From Armatimonadota bacterium (GTDB taxonomy: Bacteria > Armatimonadota > SYMT01), in NCBI GenBank assembly GCA_041690135.1, contig JAWLHY010000001.1:928001-992000 (forward strand): DNA of 64,000 nt, in the 5' to 3' direction. Position 1 is the stretch's first letter, and each line of letters opens with the position of its first letter. The position numbers were made by a program, and so were the translations under genes. The notes beneath the pieces were generated by a model that ran no database searches, was not told the DNA's origin, and was given only the letters and a program-made list of their open reading frames with translations. Shown here piece by piece: positions 58,227 to 64,000 of the stretch.

Positions 58227-60203
58227 ATGCCAGCCGCCTCGCCTGCTGATCAGCTTCGCCGGAACAATCTCCACGATCTGCCCCATTCCCTCGCCGGTCG
58301 TGGGATACCGCCGCCACCCGGTTTCCTCCCTGTTGCCCAGGAAGATGCTCTTCAGACGATTCCGTCGCGCCTTCGCCAGATTGCCCGGCGACATCCGGAG
58401 CGGCCAGCAGTGCACACGCCCGCCGGCACGCTGACCTACCGGGAGCTGGACCGGGTAACGGACGGTGTTGCCCGGGCTCTCCTCGCCTGCGGGCTCCAGC
58501 GCGGCACACCGATTGGGTTGCTCCTGGATCAGAATGCGACCTCCGGCGCGGTGGGGGTGGTCGGTGCGCTCAAATCCGGCTTTCCCTACCTGCCTTTGGA
58601 CCCCCGGTTCCCGCCGGAACGACTTCGGTTCATGGTGGAGCAATCCGGAACGGCCTTGCTGGTGGCGGATGCCCCTTCGGCGGAGTTCGCCGCGCGATTG
58701 GCCGCCGAGCAGGGGCTTCCGTTACTCCACCTCGAGACACTCTCGTCCGACCCGGAAGCCGCCGCGCCGGAGGTCGAGATCGGTCTCGATGATCCCGCCT
58801 ACCTCTTCTTCACCTCGGGATCGACGGGACGCCCCAAGGGAGTACCGCAGACGCACCGCAACCGGCTGCAGAACATGCGGAACTTCATGAACCTGCTCCA
58901 GGTCTCCCCGGAAGACCGGTTCAGCATGCTCCACTCCTTCGGCTTCAGTGCCTCGGCTTCCGAGTTGTTCGGCGCGTTGATGGCGGGGGCATGCGTCTAC
59001 CCTTACGACGTCCGGCGACAGGGACTTGCCGGTCTCTCCGATTGGCTGGACGAAACCGGGATCTCCGTATTCCAGTGGATTCCCAGCGCACTCCGGGCCC
59101 TCGCCGCGAGTTTGGAGCCTGCCCGTGTGTTCCCGTCGGTGCGGGTCCTCCAGCTCAGCAGCGAGCCCGTTACCGAGACCGAGGTGGTCTTGTTCCGCCG
59201 GCACTTCCGGCCCGGCAGCGTCCTGGTCAACCGCTACGGCACCACCGAGACCAGCATCGTCACGCAGTTCCTCGTCGATCACGACACCACGCTCGATGGG
59301 CCTCTCGTTCCTTCCGGTTACCCGCTTCCGGGGAAAGAGGTTCTGATCCTGGATGAACAGGGCGCCGCATGCCCGCCGGGCACCCCAGGAGAGATCGCGA
59401 TCCGGAGCGCTTTCCACTCCCCTGGCTACTGGCGGGCTCCCGAACTCACCGCGCAGCGTTTCCGGGAGCTTGAAGGAACGGACGACCGCCTCTATTTCAC
59501 CGGCGACCGGGGCCGCCTGCGGCCGGACGGCTGCCTGGAACATCTGGGCCGGCTCGATCAGCAGGTGAAAGTGCGTGGCTACCGGGTGGAGATTGCGGAA
59601 GTAGAAGCGGCGCTGCGGCGGATCGAGGGCGTCCGGGATGCGGCGGTTCTCGCACGCGTGGATGACGCCCAGGGGGATGGTGAGGTGGAATTGGTCGCCT
59701 ACGTCGTGCGGCAGGAGGCGACTACCCATACCCGGTTGCGAACCGTGCTGGCCGGTCTTCTCCCGGAGGGGCTGCTCCCCCGCCGGTACATCTTCCTTCC
59801 CCACCTGCCCATCACGCCCACGGGTAAACTCGACCGGTCCGCCCTTCCGGACCCCGGGGCGTCCCGTCCCGATCTGGACGGACCTTACATTCCGCCGGAG
59901 ACCCCGCTGGAAGAAGAGCTTGCCGGTCTCTGGTCCGAGACCCTGGGCGTACGTCCGGTCGGGCGGCACGACTCGTTCCTGGAATTGGGCGGCAATTCTC
60001 TCCGGGCGGCCAAGCTCCTCGCGCGTATCGGGGAGCGCTGGGGAGTGCGTCTGGCTCCGGTGGACCTTTTTGCCCGGCCGACGGTCGCCCAGACCGCCAC
60101 CGCCATCCTCTGCCATGTGGCTGAAGAGGCGGGCGCGCCGTCCCTGGAAGCACTACTCTCTGAACTGGATGACGACGAGCCACAAGGGGAGGCGCGACCA
60201 TGA
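58227..60203 (+). CDS. Stand-alone NRPS adenylation-PCP didomain protein 1
   Basis: LTYREL, FTSGSTGRPKG, NRYGTTE, YFTGD, QVKVRGYRVE, PITPTGKLDR, FLELGGNSL. Confidence 0.93.
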   Translation: MPAASPADQLRRNNLHDLPHSLAGRGIPPPPGFLPVAQEDALQTIPSRLRQIARRHPERPAVHTPAGTLTYRELDRVTDGVARALLACGLQRGTPIGLLLDQNATSGAVGVVGALKSGFPYLPLDPRFPPERLRFMVEQSGTALLVADAPSAEFAARLAAEQGLPLLHLETLSSDPEAAAPEVEIGLDDPAYLFFTSGSTGRPKGVPQTHRNRLQNMRNFMNLLQVSPEDRFSMLHSFGFSASASELFGALMAGACVYPYDVRRQGLAGLSDWLDETGISVFQWIPSALRALAASLEPARVFPSVRVLQLSSEPVTETEVVLFRRHFRPGSVLVNRYGTTETSIVTQFLVDHDTTLDGPLVPSGYPLPGKEVLILDEQGAACPPGTPGEIAIRSAFHSPGYWRAPELTAQRFRELEGTDDRLYFTGDRGRLRPDGCLEHLGRLDQQVKVRGYRVEIAEVEAALRRIEGVRDAAVLARVDDAQGDGEVELVAYVVRQEATTHTRLRTVLAGLLPEGLLPRRYIFLPHLPITPTGKLDRSALPDPGASRPDLDGPYIPPETPLEEELAGLWSETLGVRPVGRHDSFLELGGNSLRAAKLLARIGERWGVRLAPVDLFARPTVAQTATAILCHVAEEAGAPSLEALLSELDDDEPQGEARP

Positions 60204-62206
60204 TCACCCCCGTAATCCGCGAGCGGAACGCTCGGTTCGAAGCGGTGCACTCGCTCCGCGCGCGCGGGATCCCGCCCCCACCCGGCTATCGGCCGATGGC
60301 GGAAGAAGAGGCTCGTCTGTCCGTAGCAGACCGCATCCGCCAGATAGGAGAGCGCTATCCCCACCGGCCCGCGTTCCACACCGAGGAGGAAGTGGTTACT
60401 TACGCGGAGCTCAACCGGCGAGCCAATCAGGTGGCAAGGGCCATCCACGCGATGCAGCCGGAGGCCCTCGCCCCTATCGGCCTCTGTTTTGCACCCACCC
60501 GCCCGCCGATGGCTATTGGCCATGTGGGTGCGGTTAAGACAGGTCGGCCTTACGTGGCGCTCGACCCCGGTTTCCCCCGCGACCGCCTGGTGTACGCGCT
60601 CCGCCACTCCGGCGCCTCGCTGATCCTGACCGACACTTCCTCCTCGGCGCTGGCGCATGACCTGGCGCGAGAAAGTGGAGCAGCGGTCATCGATACGGAA
60701 ACGCAGGCGGGGGCCTTCCCCGACACCGATTTTCGCGTGGAGATCGGTCCCAACGATCCGATCTACATCGTTTACACCTCGGGTTCCACCGGAGAACCAA
60801 AAGGCGTCTGGTGGCCGAACCGGTCTCGAATGGTCGCCACCTGGCTCTTTAACCGGCACTTTCACTGCAGTCCGGAAGACCGGTTTACCATGCTCCACTC
60901 CTACGGCTTCGCCGCCTCCAAACCGGAGTTCTGGGGCGCGTTACTGGAAGGAGCGTGCGTCTACCCTTACGACTTCCGCCGGCGGGGTGTTCAGGACCTG
61001 GCGGCGTGGCTCCAAGAGCAGCGGGTCACGATTTTCCAGTGGATTCCCAGTGCACTGCGGGCTTTCGCCGCGGAACTCCCTCCGGAGGTAACGTTTCCCT
61101 CGCTGCGGCTGCTGCTCTTGATCAGCGAGCCGGTCACGGAACGGGAGGTCGCCATCTACCGCGAGCGCTGCTTGCCGCCGTGTGTGCTCGGCAACCGGTA
61201 CGGCAGCACCGAAGCCGGTCTCACCACCCATTTCCTCGTCGACTTCCATACCCCCCTGGAAGGGCCGGCGGTGCCTTCCGGGTACCCGCTGCCAGGAAGG
61301 TCGGTGCAGATCGTGAACCCGCAGGGCGCACAACTTCCCCCCGGCCAGGATGGAGAGATCATCGTCCAGTCGGCGTTGACCTCGGGCGGTTACTGGCGGG
61401 ATCCGGCGTTGACAGCGGCCCGCTTCACACCGGTTCCGGGTTCGGACGAGCGAGTCTTCGCCACTGGCGACCGGGGCCGCCTGCGACCGGACGGCTGCCT
61501 GGAACACCTGGGGAGGCTCGACGCGCAGGTCAAGGTCCGCGGTCACCGGGTGGAAGTCGCCGAAGTGGAAGCGGCCCTCCGCCGGCTGCCGCGGGTGGCC
61601 GACGCCGTGGTCCTGCCGCGGCAGGTTGACGAGGAGGTGGCCCTGACTGCTTACCTGGTGGCCACCGGCGGCGCCGCACTCCCCGTATCGGAAGTGCGGA
61701 GCGCCCTCGCCGCGAGTCTCCCCTCCGGCTTCGTCCCCGACCGCTATGTGCTGCTTCCGGACCTGCCCCGCACCGCTACGGGCAAGGTCAACCCGAGCGC
61801 GCTCCCGGACCCGGACGACTCGCGGCCGAATCTGCCGCAGCCGTTCGCAGCCCCAGAAACCCCGCTGGAGGAGCAAATCGCCACCCTGTGGTCCGAGATG
61901 CTCCGAGTCTTCCCGGTCGGTCGCCACGACTCGTACCTCGACCTGGGCGGCAACTCGCTCCGGGCCGCCCGCATCGCCGTCAGGCTCTCACAGGAGTGCG
62001 GTGTGAGTCTCACTCCCGTGGATCTGTTCGCTCATCCTACCGTGGCTCAGCTCGCGTCCCACATCCTGTCGCTGCTGATGGACCAGGAGGCCCCGGAGGC
62101 ACTGGATGAATTCCTTTCAAGCTTCCGCGAACCGGAAAGTCACTCCTCCGGGAGTGATGCGGCCCCTAGCCTACCCTCCCCCGTATTGCCCGCCGCCAAC
62201 GTGTGA
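60200..62206 (+). CDS. Stand-alone NRPS adenylation-PCP didomain protein 2
   Basis: YTSGSTGEPKG, NRYGSTE, ATGD, QVKVRGHRVE, PRTATGKV, YLDLGGNSL; ATGA overlap. Confidence 0.93.
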   Translation: MITPVIRERNARFEAVHSLRARGIPPPPGYRPMAEEEARLSVADRIRQIGERYPHRPAFHTEEEVVTYAELNRRANQVARAIHAMQPEALAPIGLCFAPTRPPMAIGHVGAVKTGRPYVALDPGFPRDRLVYALRHSGASLILTDTSSSALAHDLARESGAAVIDTETQAGAFPDTDFRVEIGPNDPIYIVYTSGSTGEPKGVWWPNRSRMVATWLFNRHFHCSPEDRFTMLHSYGFAASKPEFWGALLEGACVYPYDFRRRGVQDLAAWLQEQRVTIFQWIPSALRAFAAELPPEVTFPSLRLLLLISEPVTEREVAIYRERCLPPCVLGNRYGSTEAGLTTHFLVDFHTPLEGPAVPSGYPLPGRSVQIVNPQGAQLPPGQDGEIIVQSALTSGGYWRDPALTAARFTPVPGSDERVFATGDRGRLRPDGCLEHLGRLDAQVKVRGHRVEVAEVEAALRRLPRVADAVVLPRQVDEEVALTAYLVATGGAALPVSEVRSALAASLPSGFVPDRYVLLPDLPRTATGKVNPSALPDPDDSRPNLPQPFAAPETPLEEQIATLWSEMLRVFPVGRHDSYLDLGGNSLRAARIAVRLSQECGVSLTPVDLFAHPTVAQLASHILSLLMDQEAPEALDEFLSSFREPESHSSGSDAAPSLPSPVLPAANV

Positions 62207-64000
62207 GAGTGCTTGTGATTGCAGTTGATCCCCGCCCGCAACTCGTCCCGTCCCCCATACATGCCACAATCCATGCCCGCATCACCACCATTGCCCGTAT
62301 GCATTCCCAACGTCGGGCGCTGGTTTTTCACGGAGGTAGCTGGAGCCACGGACAACTCGATCGGACTGCCGCGCAAGTAGCCCGCGTGCTGATAGAGGAA
62401 GGTGTCGCCCCTGGGGAGCCGGTGGCGGTTGGTATGGGGCAGTCGCCGTTCACCATTGCCGCTTTCCTCGGAATTGCAAAAGCCGGCGGCGCGTGGGTAC
62501 CGATCGACCCGGCGGCGCCCCCCGAAGCCTGGGAAAGCGTACTTCAAGACACCGGCGCCCGGGTGGTGCTTGCCGGGAAAGAAGCCCCTGGCGCCCTACA
62601 GCAGGATCTCGCGCGGTGGTGGGTGCCGCTTCCGGAGGCGCTGGACGGCGTGGCCCCGGATCCGCCGGAAGTTTCCGGCTCGGCCCACCTGCCCATGTCG
62701 ATCATGTACAGCTCGGGCTCCACGGGCCGGCCGAAGGGGATCATCCAGACACATTGGTCTCGCCTGCATCAACTCGACGCGCACCTCCGGACGCTGGAGG
62801 TGACCGAGACGGATCGCTTCACCCTGCTGCACCAACTCCACTTCGCTACCTCGTCTTCCGACGTGTTCGGCGCGTTACTCTCCGGCGCGGAACTGCACAT
62901 GTTCGATCTCCTCGCGGAAGGCATGGAGAGCCTCGCAGGGTGGCTCCTCGCCTCCCGAGCCACCATCTATGCGTGGACACCGAGTGCCTTCCGGGCGTTC
63001 ACACGCGGGTTGCCGCCGGGGACCCACTTTCCGGACGTCCGGCGGGTGATCCTGGGGAGCGAACCGGTACTGCGTTCGGATATCGAAGCCTTCCGCCGGC
63101 ATTTCCCCGCCTCCTGCCAATTCGTCAACCGCCTCGGTTCGGCGGAAGCTGGGAACTACGCCTATTACTTCGCGGGATCGGAAGAAGAGCCACCGGACGA
63201 TATCGTGCCGGCAGGTCGAGCTCCCGTCGGCTGGGACGTGAGCGTGGTTGACGAGCGCGGCAGCCCGGTGCCGGACGGTGAAACAGGCGAGATCCAGGTT
63301 CGGAGCGCCTATCTCTCTCCCGGCTATTGGCGAAGACCGGAGTTAACGGAAGAGGTGTTCCGCCCGGATGGCGAGCGTGACGTACAGGTGATCCGGACGG
63401 GCGACATGGGTCGCTTCCTCCCTGATGGAAACCTCCTCCACCTGGGGCGCAAAAACTTTCAGGTGAAGATCGGCGGTGTGACCATCCATCCGCTGGAAGT
63501 GGAAGCTGCACTGGCACAGCTTCCCGGCATCGTGGAAGCTGCCGTCGCGGCCTATCTGGATCGGGGTGGAAGCTCCGTTCTGGCCGCGTATCTCGTAGGC
63601 GAGGCCGGCGGTCGCCCGTATACCACCAGTCGTCTCCGGTCTATCCTGGGAGAGAAGCTCCCTCCTGCCGCCATACCAACGTCGTTTCAGTACCTGGAAA
63701 GTCTCCCGCGAACGCACGTGGGTAAGGTCGACCGCCTCGAATTGCCACGGCCGGCAGGTGAGCGGCCGGAACTGGACACACCTTTCGCACCGCCAGAAGG
63801 CCCCACGGAGGGACACCTCGCCCGGATCTGGTCGGAAGTGCTGGAGGTCTCGCCGGTCGGAAGACACGACCCATTCCTCGAGTTGGGTGGCAGCTCGCTC
63901 CGGGCCGTGCAGATCCTGGCGCGAGTTTCTGAACAGTGGGGAGTTACTCTCCCGCTGACCGTGCTCTTCGCCGATCCGACCGTGGCCGGGCTCGCCCAGG
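62203..64000 (+). CDS. NRPS adenylation-PCP protein 3, running off the window (absent from the ORF track)
   Basis: Manual reading from the GTG overlapping the previous TGA: MYSSGSTGRPKG (62704), NRLGSAE, IRTGD, QVKIGG, PRTHVGKVDR, FLELGGSSL. Confidence 0.88.
   Translation, partial: MRVLVIAVDPRPQLVPSPIHATIHARITTIARMHSQRRALVFHGGSWSHGQLDRTAAQVARVLIEEGVAPGEPVAVGMGQSPFTIAAFLGIAKAGGAWVPIDPAAPPEAWESVLQDTGARVVLAGKEAPGALQQDLARWWVPLPEALDGVAPDPPEVSGSAHLPMSIMYSSGSTGRPKGIIQTHWSRLHQLDAHLRTLEVTETDRFTLLHQLHFATSSSDVFGALLSGAELHMFDLLAEGMESLAGWLLASRATIYAWTPSAFRAFTRGLPPGTHFPDVRRVILGSEPVLRSDIEAFRRHFPASCQFVNRLGSAEAGNYAYYFAGSEEEPPDDIVPAGRAPVGWDVSVVDERGSPVPDGETGEIQVRSAYLSPGYWRRPELTEEVFRPDGERDVQVIRTGDMGRFLPDGNLLHLGRKNFQVKIGGVTIHPLEVEAALAQLPGIVEAAVAAYLDRGGSSVLAAYLVGEAGGRPYTTSRLRSILGEKLPPAAIPTSFQYLESLPRTHVGKVDRLELPRPAGERPELDTPFAPPEGPTEGHLARIWSEVLEVSPVGRHDPFLELGGSSLRAVQILARVSEQWGVTLPLTVLFADPTVAGLAQ

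Noticed and set aside
62402-63958. Short ORF-track calls at the window end, suggesting a degraded region
   Set aside because: One continuous frame from 62203 carries all A-PCP motifs; it was missed only because its stop lies outside the window.

Overview
A GC-rich bacterial chromosomal window. The gene families (type-IV-prepilin-like protein, CRTAC1/ASPIC-UnbV, PQQ-like propeller, DUF1080, short intergenic repeats) suggest a soil Armatimonadota- or PVC-like lineage, but this is inference only. Housekeeping genes are lepA (partial), hemW, smpB, nfo, mutS, ada-alkA/ogt, corA, infC (ATT start) and tRNA-Val(TAC). They are interleaved with signalling, envelope and hypothetical genes. The most striking signal is missing from the ORF track: a 111-codon minus-strand gene (46594..46929) for a Tat-lipoprotein heavy-metal-associated (HMA) domain. 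Both of its metal-binding cysteines are in-frame TGA codons (GMH-U-PAG-U-P), followed by a SECIS-like hairpin, making it a candidate double-selenocysteine metal chaperone. It is the last gene of a co-oriented run: gluconolactonase-like / multiheme-TPR / CRTAC1 / response regulator / metal-type sensor kinase. The window ends in three tandem, condensation-less NRPS adenylation-PCP proteins that lack the alpha-amino-binding Asp; the third runs off the window and is also absent from the ORF track. Other notable items are a split ArgZ/AgrE-type arginine-to-proline gene pair, a MITE-like element and several perfect palindromes. No CRISPR, rRNA, integrase or transposase was seen. All family assignments come from motif recognition by eye, not database searches.
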